NCBI GenBank assembly: GCA_040752575.1
Contig: JBFMGK010000027.1
Location: 24,016 to 88,015 of the forward strand
DNA from: Candidatus Bipolaricaulota bacterium
Lineage (GTDB): Bacteria; Bipolaricaulota; Bipolaricaulia; UBA7950; UBA9294
DNA length: 64,000 nt
Direction of reading: 5' to 3'
This document shows, in pieces, positions 19,105 to 27,885 of this stretch. A program made the position numbers and the translations under genes. How positions within the stretch are numbered: the first letter of the stretch is position 1; each line of letters starts with the position of its first letter. The notes beneath the pieces were generated by a model. It did no database searches. It worked only from the letters and a program-made list of their open reading frames with translations, and was not told where the DNA came from.

Positions 19105-19764
19105 ATGAACACAGGCGGAAGAGCCATCATTCTGCTGCTCGGGCTGCTGTGCCTGAGCGCCCCCTCAGCAGGCGCTGTCTGGTAGTACGAATTGGCTCCG
19201 CATGTGGCGAGGTGGAGTCGGTGCCCGACAGTGGTCCCCGTTCAGACCAGTGGGACTGGGGTCTTCAGTGCGCAGTGTGCCCAACGATCGCAAGGGGAGA
19301 AGGCTACGGATGAGTACACAATCCTCCTCAGCGTGCAGGGCGGTGTGCTCGATGCGGGCTGGCGGTCGTGGGTCGTCTCTGGCAGTTGCGGCGCCGCGGA
19401 GGAGGCCACGCTCGACGAGCTGGCGCAAACAGGACCACACGCTGTGTGGGTGACTGTTCTCCAGAACGGGCTGCGGCGACCTCTGCTCGATACGTACCCG
19501 CTGTGCAGTGAGATCCAGGGCGCGGATCCTTCGGATTGGTCCGGGGGTCCTCACGTGTTTCGGGATGGCGTGCTCTATGTTCTCGACGCGAGTGCGCGTG
19601 AGGTGACCTTCAGTTTCAAGCTCGCCATGGCAGTTGCTGGCTGCGACAGCTGGAACGACGGGGGTGGGGCCGGCGACAGCGTCATCACGATCAGGTGCTG
19701 GCTGACGATGGCGCGCCATAGCGGGCGTGCGCACCCGGCGGGAGAGGTGGATGCTCGCACTTGA
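19105..19764 (+). pseudogene. secreted hypothetical protein with in-frame TAG at 19183-19185
   Basis: Signal peptide MNTGGRAIILLLGLLCLSAPSAGA is in frame with the 19192-19764 ORF, separated by one amber codon. Confidence 0.6.
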
Positions 19765-20088
19765 CAGCAAGACACAAGAGCTGACCCCCACTCCCCCAAC
19801 TTGCTGCGACGTTGCTCCGCGCGTCGGAATGCGTGACAGGAAGGCTTGACCCTCAGCCCAGATGACGCGGGCGGCATTTTAGAGGCGAGCAGCGCGTCAG
19901 CAGTTGCCGCGCAACTGCCAAGCGATCTGCGCCGCAGATCGCCGCGGACACCCCGAGCTGACTGCGCGTCAGTCAGCCAGCCACGTACCCCGTCAACGCT
20001 GAAGGAGTTGCGCCGCGACTCCCAAGCTGCTCGGCACGAGCAGCCGTCTACGTCGCGCCGGGGGCGTCCCCGTCTCTGTACGAAATCC

Positions 20089-20232
20089 GAAGGTAGACCC
20101 CGGATCGTCTGGCCGGGGATCTGCGCACGGGGACATGACCCGATCTGGACCACGAGCCGTCAGATCGGGATCGTGTCCCCAGAGCGCCTACGCTTGGCGG
20201 CAACTGCAATAGGTACTGTGTCCCCGGAATTC
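20089..20232 (+). repeat. composite spacer: class B-like end, bulged hairpin (20129-20180) and class A motif (20210-20232)
   Basis: GGGGACATGACCCGATCTG..CAGATCGGGATCGTGTCCCC, then TAGGTACTGTGTCCCCGGAATTC. Confidence 0.9.
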
Positions 20233-20288
20233 CCGGCAGAGATTCATCTAATCTATGGACCAGTCTTCCGGGAGCATGTCAGTAGTTG

Positions 20289-20342
20289 GTGGCAGAGCGA
20301 CTGTCAATAGATATTGACATGCAGCCTGCCACTTGTTAGGAT
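20289..20342 (+). promoter_or_regulatory. sigma70-type promoter inside a 44-bp palindromic operator
   Basis: GTGGCAG-N6-TGTCAATA-GA-TATTGACA-N6-CTGCCAC; TTGACA at 20314, 17-bp spacer, TAGGAT at 20337. Confidence 0.65.
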
Positions 20343-20348
20343 GGGTCC

Positions 20349-21035
20349 ATGACGACGACCAAGACAGACGGCCGGACTGCTCGTCTAGAGCGGAATCGAG
20401 CGGAGATTGTGCGTGCGCAGGTCGAGCATGCTCAGGAGACAGGCAAGCTCCCCACGGTCGATGAGATTGCCGAGCGAGCAAACGTTTCGCAGCGCTCGGT
20501 CTTCCGAATCTTCGGAGACAAGGCGTCGCTTCTCAGAGAGGCGAGCGAGTACGTCTACCGGCAGCTTGACGAACGGTTCCCATTCCCGGAGCTCGCCGGA
20601 CTCGCGATGCATGAGCGGATCACTCGGATGGTCGATCACTTCGCGTCCATCTACGAGTTCATCACGCCCATGCGACGAGTGCTGGCGACGTCCGAGATTG
20701 ACCCAGAGTTCGTCTCGGAAGAGCGGGAGCGGGTGAGCGTCCGGTACCAGGCGCGGATTCGAGACGCGTTCTCCGATCTGGATCTACTCGGCGACCCTTC
20801 GCCGGTCCGCCTACGCACGTTCCGGCTGATCGCGTCCTGGAATGCGTGGGAGTACTTGCGAACCGAAGGGAAGCTCTCTGTTGAGGATGCGAAGGAAGTG
20901 ATCTGCCAGGCGATCACGGCAGTACTCCAAAGCGCCACATCGACCGAGCTTCCTGTGGCAGCGACCGCATTGGTTGACGGAGACAACGAACACAGGCGAG
21001 GTCATAGTGAAACTCAAGAAGGTGATTGGACATGA
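20349..21035 (+). CDS. TetR/AcrR-family regulator
   Basis: TVDEIAERANVSQRSVFRIFGDK HTH. Confidence 0.9.
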   Translation: MTTTKTDGRTARLERNRAEIVRAQVEHAQETGKLPTVDEIAERANVSQRSVFRIFGDKASLLREASEYVYRQLDERFPFPELAGLAMHERITRMVDHFASIYEFITPMRRVLATSEIDPEFVSEERERVSVRYQARIRDAFSDLDLLGDPSPVRLRTFRLIASWNAWEYLRTEGKLSVEDAKEVICQAITAVLQSATSTELPVAATALVDGDNEHRRGHSETQEGDWT

Positions 21036-21898
21036 AGGCGTTTCTCGTCCGCAATCGGAGGAGGATCGTGAAGATCGTGTTGATCTCTGTTGCGGTGCTC
21101 CTGGCATTCGGAGTTACGGCCAGAGTCGCTCTGCCGCCGGTTCTGCGGGCCATGGGGCTGCACCAGGAGTACACCGGGCAGCGCTACCTGCTGCTCGACG
21201 GGCGAGCGCTGATCATCTCGACCAGCCATGACGAACTTGGAGAAGGCGGTCGAGCAACGGGTGTCTTCGGCTCGGAGCTCACGGCGCCGTACTACGAGTT
21301 CGTTGGAGGCCGCATGGAGGTGGACGTCGCGAGCATCGAGGGGGGTGAGATCCCATTCGATCCGCAGTCGTTCCACTGGCTGTTCCGGAGTGAGTACGAG
21401 GATCGCTTGGAGAACGACCCGGTATTGCAGGCGAAGGTGGAGAACTCCCTTCGGATCGATGACGTTGACTTCGCCGGCTATGACATCATCTTCCTCGCCG
21501 GGGGATGGGGTGCGGCCTACGACCTGGGCTACTCCGAGGTGCTTGGCCAGAAGATGTCCGAAGCCTACGCAGCTGGAGCAGTCATTGGCGGGGTCTGCCA
21601 CGGTCCACTCGGCCTTCTGAACGCGGTGGATGAGAACGGTGCCCCGCTGGTGGAAGGCCGACGCATCACGGCCGTGACCGACAAGCAAGTACGAGAGCTC
21701 CGCATCGAAATCACGCCCCAGCATCCGGAGCGGGAACTGAGGGCGGCCGGTGCGCTCTTCGAGAGCGACACCGCGTTCCGTGACTTCTTTGCCAACCATG
21801 TCGTGGTCGATGGTCGCATCGTCTCCGGGCAGAACCAGAATGCAGGTCCCGAAGTCGCGAACGTCATGATGAAGGTCGCGGGAGGGACAAGACGATGA
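21032..21898 (+). CDS. DJ-1/PfpI (type 1 glutamine amidotransferase-like) protein with N-terminal anchor
   Basis: E..APY, FLAGGWGA, GGVCHGP, SGQNQ. Confidence 0.85.
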   Translation: MKAFLVRNRRRIVKIVLISVAVLLAFGVTARVALPPVLRAMGLHQEYTGQRYLLLDGRALIISTSHDELGEGGRATGVFGSELTAPYYEFVGGRMEVDVASIEGGEIPFDPQSFHWLFRSEYEDRLENDPVLQAKVENSLRIDDVDFAGYDIIFLAGGWGAAYDLGYSEVLGQKMSEAYAAGAVIGGVCHGPLGLLNAVDENGAPLVEGRRITAVTDKQVRELRIEITPQHPERELRAAGALFESDTAFRDFFANHVVVDGRIVSGQNQNAGPEVANVMMKVAGGTRR

Positions 21899-23412
21899 GA
21901 TCGATCCTGGGACACGACGCGGCTGTACTGACGACACGCGCTCTTGCAGGTGTGGTCGGCGGCACTCTTCTTCTGATCGGGCTCGCCATCCTCATCATGC
22001 CGGAACTGGTCTCCACCATGTTCCTCAGCTTGAGCACCGGAGGAGCTGGCATCAACTCCCTCCGGGCCGACATTGGTGCGCTGTTCCTGGGGATGGGCGT
22101 CTTCGCGCTGCTTGGGACGCTCTCTCGGTATCGCTGGTTGCTGCTAGTCCCTACGACATTCCTGGGGCTCGTCGTCACCGGCCGCGTGATCAGCATGGTC
22201 CTTGACCCCTTCCCGACGAGAACGACCTCTGCCCTGGTTCTGGAAATCGTGTTCGGCGTGATCCTCACTCTGGCCGTGTTGACCCATGCGCTCTCGGGAA
22301 AGGGGGAGAAGCGACCGGGAGCAACGGGCGTGGTCCTTGGTCGCCGGTTCTTGATTGCCGCGGGGCTTGTGATCGTGTTCTTGGGAGCCGCGTTTCTGTT
22401 CCGGCCACAGATCTCGTCACGGATCTGGAGTGGCGGAGTCGCCGGACGAATGGGCCAGTCAGTCATCGCCACCCTGCCCGACGGCCTCCATGTGGGCCTT
22501 GCGGGAACCGGCGCTCCGATGCCCGACGCCCAGCGCGTCGGGATCTCCACGTTCGTGATCGCCGGCGAACACCAGTTCATCGTCGATTGCGGCCCCGGGA
22601 GCACCCTGAATCTGGAGCTCATGCAGGTCCCCCTGGAGGAAACGACCGCGGTCCTGCTGACCCACTTCCACTCCGACCACATCGGCGACTTGGACGAGCT
22701 GATGCTGAAGATCTGGACCTACGGCGCCCGCACCGAGCCGACGCTGGTCATGGGCCCTGTGGGCGTAGACATGGTCGTCGAAGGCTACAACATGGCGTTC
22801 AGTCTCGATGCCGGTTACCGGATTGCCCATCACGGCGACGCGGTTGCTCCGGCCTCAGGCTCTGGCGGAATCCCCAAGGTGATCGACGGATTCGGCGAGG
22901 ATGAGAGCGTCGTCATCTTCGATCAGGATGGCGTGAAGGTGACCGCGTTCCTTGTCTCGCATGCTCCTGTGGATCCCGCCCTCGGATTCCGCTTCGACTA
23001 CGGGGGCCGTTCGGTCGTACTCAGCGGTGACACGCTTCCGGATGAGACTCTGATGGCGCAGTCGCAGGGTGTAGACATCCTGGTCCACGATGCGATGAAT
23101 CCGGACATGCTGAACGTGATGACCCGAGCATCCGAGGTGACCGGAGACGCTGTTGCCGGTGCCGTTGCCACGGACATCCAGACGTATCACGCGTTCACCG
23201 AGGAAACGGCTCGCATCGCGCGGGATGCGGGCGTACGGCATCTCGTCCTCAACCAGATCCTTCCGCCGATCCCCGCGTCCATCCTGCACCCGGCGTTCCT
23301 AGGCGACGCCCGCCGGATCTTCAACGGTCCCATCACGGTGAGCTACGATGGGATGCTGTTCAGCCTGCCGGCGAACTCGAACGAGATCAACGCGCAGTGG
23401 CTTCTGTACTAG
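21895..23412 (+). CDS. membrane domain fused to an RNase Z-like metallo-beta-lactamase-fold hydrolase
   Basis: N-terminal TM helices; GTGAP, DCG, THFHSDH, SGDT. Confidence 0.8.
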   Translation: MRSILGHDAAVLTTRALAGVVGGTLLLIGLAILIMPELVSTMFLSLSTGGAGINSLRADIGALFLGMGVFALLGTLSRYRWLLLVPTTFLGLVVTGRVISMVLDPFPTRTTSALVLEIVFGVILTLAVLTHALSGKGEKRPGATGVVLGRRFLIAAGLVIVFLGAAFLFRPQISSRIWSGGVAGRMGQSVIATLPDGLHVGLAGTGAPMPDAQRVGISTFVIAGEHQFIVDCGPGSTLNLELMQVPLEETTAVLLTHFHSDHIGDLDELMLKIWTYGARTEPTLVMGPVGVDMVVEGYNMAFSLDAGYRIAHHGDAVAPASGSGGIPKVIDGFGEDESVVIFDQDGVKVTAFLVSHAPVDPALGFRFDYGGRSVVLSGDTLPDETLMAQSQGVDILVHDAMNPDMLNVMTRASEVTGDAVAGAVATDIQTYHAFTEETARIARDAGVRHLVLNQILPPIPASILHPAFLGDARRIFNGPITVSYDGMLFSLPANSNEINAQWLLY

Positions 23413-23451
23413 ACCTGCTAAGCCACTGACTGAGGGGAAGGAGGCAAACCA

Positions 23452-24369
23452 ATGCTCAAATGGACCCTACTCGGTGTCGCAGTAGGCGGACTGCTGCTTG
23501 TTGGGTTGAACGCCAGATTCGGAAACGCACAGGTAGCTCCGTTCACCAGCTCAGAGCAAGAGGACTCAACGGCGAACTCGACGCTTCTGCGTGAAGTCAA
23601 TGGTCAATCGGCTGAGATCCTCTCGGCCTTCTTCGGACTAGACAACGGTCTTCCCCCGTGGGCCAATCTCATTTGTCGAGGCGCGGCGGGCGCTGACGGC
23701 ATGCCCGTGATCTTCGCGCACGAGATCGATTTCGAGACCCTCCAGCCGGGGGATTTCCGAGTGACGACAGCCTCGGGTGAGATCGGAGAGATCTACTGCG
23801 TCACGCTCGCGCCCGCCATTGATCCGGGCGAGCTTCGTACGGTGCTGCTCGTCGGCGAGTTCGGCTCTGCCGATGACGATCCACCTGTGAGCGTTGAGAT
23901 CGTCGGTAACCTCCACTCACTCGATGGAACCGTCAACTTCAAGGGTGCTGAGGTTTCCGTAACGCCTCTGGAACCCGGCCCGACGTTGGTGCTCGCAGAG
24001 AATCTCTCGCCAGATGCGTGGCATCTTGGCCGTGAGTCAGATGGCACCTGGGGATCGAGTTGCGGTTGCCCAGAGGAGGGAGTACTGCAGGTTGTGCGCG
24101 TGACTTGGGATGGAGGGATCACCCTGGAGAACGGAGACGAACCAGGTGAGCCCGAGCTCGACCACTACTCGGTCACGGTACAAGCAGCTGACGGAACGAC
24201 ACGGTCGATCCACCCCTTCGCGCTCGGAGACCTGGAGGACGGCGACAACAACCACGAACTGTGTCTTGATACGGGAGACAAGCCACTTGAGATCTCCTTC
24301 CCAGCCGGGATCTTCGTCGACCCCAATGGCGACTTGAATCCTGAAACTACTGTGTTAGTTCACAACTAG
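23452..24369 (+). CDS. secreted acidic hypothetical protein
   Basis: GGAGG RBS, N-terminal signal; LSAFFGLDN, DGMPVIF, DGDNNHELCL. Confidence 0.7.
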   Translation: MLKWTLLGVAVGGLLLVGLNARFGNAQVAPFTSSEQEDSTANSTLLREVNGQSAEILSAFFGLDNGLPPWANLICRGAAGADGMPVIFAHEIDFETLQPGDFRVTTASGEIGEIYCVTLAPAIDPGELRTVLLVGEFGSADDDPPVSVEIVGNLHSLDGTVNFKGAEVSVTPLEPGPTLVLAENLSPDAWHLGRESDGTWGSSCGCPEEGVLQVVRVTWDGGITLENGDEPGEPELDHYSVTVQAADGTTRSIHPFALGDLEDGDNNHELCLDTGDKPLEISFPAGIFVDPNGDLNPETTVLVHN

Positions 24370-24418
24370 GAAGCAAGTCTCGAGCTAGGCAGTAGCGCGA
24401 CAACGCGCGGGAAACACG

Positions 24419-24829
24419 CGGGGTCAGATCTTCATTTTACGCGTCGGGTTGTCCGCACAACGCGGGCTGCGATCGTGCTGGAGGTGGCTGGCCGAAGACC
24501 GACGAAGGCCGCGACCTCTTGCAGCGTGTACTCGTGGATCCGTGTAGCGGCGTAGATCTGTCGGTCTCGCTTCCCCCTGTTGTGCACACCCAAGAACAGC
24601 TCCGCCAGGCTCGGCCGTGCGGCAAGCCGCTTGCGCCGCGGCAACTCCCGGACCGCCTAGTAACCGTGTCTGCGAGGGTCTGCAGGAACAACTCCCGGGC
24701 TGGATCGACGAGGAAGATGTTCTGTCGCGCGTTGCCGCGGCTCGTGATGTACGCGAGACGCAGTGGCCATGCCATAGCGCCAGTCCACTCGAAGTGGACT
24801 GAAGGGTGAAGAATGAAGATCTGACCCCG
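24419..24829 (-). mobile_element. internally deleted RAYT-like element with perfect 18-bp inverted repeats
   Basis: CGGGGTCAGATCTTCATT / AATGAAGATCTGACCCCG flank the N-terminus MAWPLRLAYITSRGNARQNIFLVD joined to a C-terminal HTH (YTLQEVAAFVGL). Confidence 0.8.
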
Positions 24830-24943
24830 ACGTGCCTGAAAGGGCTCACGGCGCTGTCCACGCTCTATCTGGGCGGCACGCACGTGAGCGACACCGGCCG
24901 AGCATCCCTGGGAAAGGCGTTGCCGAAGCTGAAGACCGGCTAG
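24830..24943 (+). pseudogene. 3' fragment of a leucine-rich-repeat gene
   Basis: Own translation: TCLKGLTALSTLYLGGTHVSDTGRASLGKALPKLKTG*; begins directly after CTGACCCCG. Confidence 0.7.
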
Positions 24944-25175
24944 CCGCTCCGCAAGTGGCCGGGGCCACGCCTTACCCTTGCACTGCTCAGCGTACACGCC
25001 TTCTCGGCGATGGGGCTAGGTCGACGAATCACGCATCGCTCTCCCGACACTACTCCCATGGCGCCCGCCCGGGCATCGAGCACGCCACAGTGAACACCTT
25101 GGGACTTCCCCGTGGCCGAGAGCCGTAGCGTCACGAGCACTCCCCGTAGGCGTCGGGGCTACATGCACCCTCGAT

Positions 25176-25306
25176 GAATTCCGGGGACACAGTACTCAAT
25201 TCGCTGACGTTGTCGCAGCGCTCTGGGGACACGATCCCGATTCGCCTCGGTGTGCGGAGCGAATCGGGTCACGTCCTCGCGCGCCTTTCCGGGGACGCAA
25301 CACCTA
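25176..25306 (-). repeat. inverted composite spacer: class A motif, bulged hairpin, second class A variant
   Basis: GAATTCCGGGGACACAGTACTCA (25176); hairpin 25225-25278; TTCCGGGGACGCAACACCTA (25287). Confidence 0.85.
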
Positions 25307-25387
25307 CGTCGACGGAAGACGTGCGCCGTCCGCAGTGCGCGGTCGGGAGCGCCGGTTCGTTGGGTTGGCGAAGTCGAGCGCGGGGCA

Positions 25388-25485
25388 CAGTGCGCAGTCC
25401 GCAGTCCGAAGTTCACAGGCCGCAGTCCACGGTGCGCGGACCGTAGTGCTCGGTGCGCAGGCCCTGGTGCGCAATCCGCAGTCGG
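25388..25485 (+). repeat. 14 degenerate heptamer tandem repeats (consensus CAGTSCG)
   Basis: cagtgcg cagtccg cagtccg aagttca caggccg ... cagtcgg; four more units at 25319-25346. Confidence 0.8.
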
Positions 25486-25511
25486 GGGTCGGGTCTTGCA
25501 ATCACGTATCA
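25485..25511 (-). repeat. solo class B motif
   Basis: GGGGTCGGGTCTTGCAATCACGTATCA, one mismatch to the RAYT inverted repeat at 10495-10521. Confidence 0.9.
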
Positions 25512-25771
25512 CACGTCGTGCGCTTGGGGCCTGCCAGTGGTCGGTGTCTACTCCAGCAAGGCCAGACGGTGCATCCGATTCCGCCTCGCAGCGCCGGGAC
25601 GAGACCGTGCAGCCCGTCCGCACGAGAACCTACCGGGCGATGAGTCTCTTGCTCTCCTGAGCTGTCGCAGCGTGGCGAGAGCGATGCGCCGAACAGGTGC
25701 CGAATGGCCCCGCGGGCTGTCTCTGGGCTAGGCTGGCCTTCGCGACCTCGGTGGAGACGAAAGGAGATGGC

Positions 25772-26176
25772 ATGTGCTTCTTGCTTGACGTGAATTGGAT
25801 CGCCGTGCTTGTGGGTGCGGCCTTCAACATGGTGTTCGGGGCGGTGTGGTATGGGCCGCTGTTCGGCAGGACCTGGCGCCGCGTCGTCGGCAAGAAGGAT
25901 GCGGACATCAAGGCGAGTGCCACGATGTACCTTCTGCCGCTGCTCGCAGGACTGGCGTCGTCGTACGTTCTCGCCGCCGTCATCGCCGGCGTGGGCATCA
26001 CGCTCTGGTGGCACGGGATCGTGTTCGGCGCTGTCGTGTGGATTGGCCTTGGCGCCGCGGCGACGCTGACCACGGGAACGTTCGAGGGCTCTCCCCGCGC
26101 AGCGTGGGCCCTGTTCAGCGGGTATCAGCTGCTCGTCTACGCCGCGCAGGGACTGATGTTTGTGCTCTGGCGCTAG
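25772..26176 (+). CDS. DUF1761-like membrane protein
   Basis: VNWIAVLVGAAFNMVFGAVWYGPLFGRTW pattern; four TM segments. Confidence 0.75.
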   Translation: MCFLLDVNWIAVLVGAAFNMVFGAVWYGPLFGRTWRRVVGKKDADIKASATMYLLPLLAGLASSYVLAAVIAGVGITLWWHGIVFGAVVWIGLGAAATLTTGTFEGSPRAAWALFSGYQLLVYAAQGLMFVLWR

Positions 26177-26197
26177 ATCCAGCTGATTCCGGCAGCT

Positions 26198-26220
26198 ATT
26201 CCGGGGACACAATACGCATT
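26198..26220 (-). repeat. class A motif
   Basis: ATTCCGGGGACACAATACGCATT, 21 bp after the stop codon. Confidence 0.75.
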
Positions 26221-26346
26221 TCGTGTAAAAGATGTTCAATCCGGTGGCGAGACCGATGGCGACCCGGCGCGCCTTGCGAGGGCGTGACTCGGAACCCACC
26301 TGCCCCAGTCGTATACTCGCCCGGCGTGGCGGTGAGGAGGGGCGGA

Positions 26347-27882
26347 ATGGCGGATGTGAAGACGAAGGACGGGCGGAAGAGGGTCGCGATCATCGGTGGT
26401 GGCGTGGCGGGGCTGTGTGCCGGCTGCTATGCGCAGATGAACGGCTACCAGGCGACGATCTACGAGATGCACAACCTCCCGGGCGGTGTTTGTACTGCGT
26501 GGCAGCGAAGCGGCTACACGATCGATAGCTGCATCCACTGGCTCGTCGGAACGAGTCCGGCGTCTTCCTACCACAAGCTGTGGCGCGAGGTGGGAGCGCT
26601 GCGCGGCCTCTCGATCATCGACCAGGACGAGTTCATGCGCGTCGAGCTGAAGGGCGGGCGCGCGCTCGTCTTCTACCGCGACGCGGACCGGTTCGAGAAG
26701 CACCTCCTCGAGCTCGGACCCGAAGATGGGAGGGCGATTCGCGCGCTGACGTGCGCGATCCGCAGGCTGTCTCGCTTCGACATGTCGCCGGACAACGCGC
26801 CCGAGCTGTCGTCGATCGGAGACAAGATCGCCGGGCTGGCGCGACTCGTGCCCGTGCTGCCGCTTTTCGCGAAGTGGGGGAGGATGAGCGTTCAGGACTT
26901 CGCGAAGCGCCTCAAGAGCCCGACCCTCAAGGAGGCGTTTGGGAGCAGCATGGGGAGCGAGGCGGAATCCTGGCCGATGCTCGGCCTGATGTTCCCCTTG
27001 ATGTGGCAGGCGACGAAGTCGGCCGGGTACCCCCTCGGTGGCTCGCTGCCCTTCGTGCGCAACATCGAGAAGCGGTTCCGCGATCTGGGAGGCGAGATCC
27101 GCACCTCGGCGCGAGTTGAGAAGATCCTCACCGAGAGCGATCGCGCCGTCGGCGTGCGACTCGCCGACGGCAGCGAGCACCAGGCCGACGTCGTGATCTC
27201 TGCCGCCGACGGCCGCACGACGATCTTCGAGATGCTCGAGGGCCGTTACGTGAACGACAAAGTGCGCAAGCCCTACGAGGGCGGCATGACGCCCTTCCCG
27301 CCGCTTCTGTACGTTGCGCTCGGCGTCGCCGACCCGCTCGACAACCTGCCGCAAACGAACTCGGGCATCAGCTTCCCGCTCGATCCTGAGGTCGAAATCG
27401 ACGGAAAGGCGCGCGATCGGCTCTCGATGCACGTCTACAACTTCGATCGCTCGCTCGCGCCCAAAGGGAAGACGACGATCATCGTCATGCTGGGCTCGGA
27501 CTACGAGCGATGGACGGCTCTGCGAGAGGACGCCGGCCGCTACCGCGCTGAGAAGGAGGTCGCGGCCGAGCGCGTGATCGACGCGCTCGAGCAGCGGCTT
27601 CCCGGGATCCGCGGCAAGATCGAGATGCGCGATGTTGCGACGCCCGTGACGTGGGAACGCTACACGGGCAACTGGCGCGGAAGCTACGAGGGCTGGCTGC
27701 CGAACGCAAAGTCGCTCGGCGCGGGTCTGCCGAAGACGCTGCCCGGCCTTTCGGACTTCTACATGTGCGGCCAGTGGGTGGCTCCCGGCGGTGGGCTGCC
27801 GCCAGCCGTGTCCACCGCCCGGCACGTCGTGCAACTTCTCTGCAAGGCCGACGGGAAAACGTTTACGGCGACCGAGGCGTAG
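26347..27882 (+). CDS. phytoene desaturase-like NAD(P)/FAD oxidoreductase (paralog of 13921-15432)
   Basis: IIGGGVAGL, PGGVCTAW, ATPVTWERYTGN, PGGGLP. Confidence 0.85.
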   Translation: MADVKTKDGRKRVAIIGGGVAGLCAGCYAQMNGYQATIYEMHNLPGGVCTAWQRSGYTIDSCIHWLVGTSPASSYHKLWREVGALRGLSIIDQDEFMRVELKGGRALVFYRDADRFEKHLLELGPEDGRAIRALTCAIRRLSRFDMSPDNAPELSSIGDKIAGLARLVPVLPLFAKWGRMSVQDFAKRLKSPTLKEAFGSSMGSEAESWPMLGLMFPLMWQATKSAGYPLGGSLPFVRNIEKRFRDLGGEIRTSARVEKILTESDRAVGVRLADGSEHQADVVISAADGRTTIFEMLEGRYVNDKVRKPYEGGMTPFPPLLYVALGVADPLDNLPQTNSGISFPLDPEVEIDGKARDRLSMHVYNFDRSLAPKGKTTIIVMLGSDYERWTALREDAGRYRAEKEVAAERVIDALEQRLPGIRGKIEMRDVATPVTWERYTGNWRGSYEGWLPNAKSLGAGLPKTLPGLSDFYMCGQWVAPGGGLPPAVSTARHVVQLLCKADGKTFTATEA

Positions 27883-27885
27883 CCG

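Noticed and set aside
25319..25485. Diversity-generating retroelement or four-helix-bundle locus suggested by the heptamer repeats
   Set aside because: No reverse transcriptase, Avd or four-helix-bundle ORF, and the long repeat pairs are mostly non-coding rather than a template/variable-region pair.
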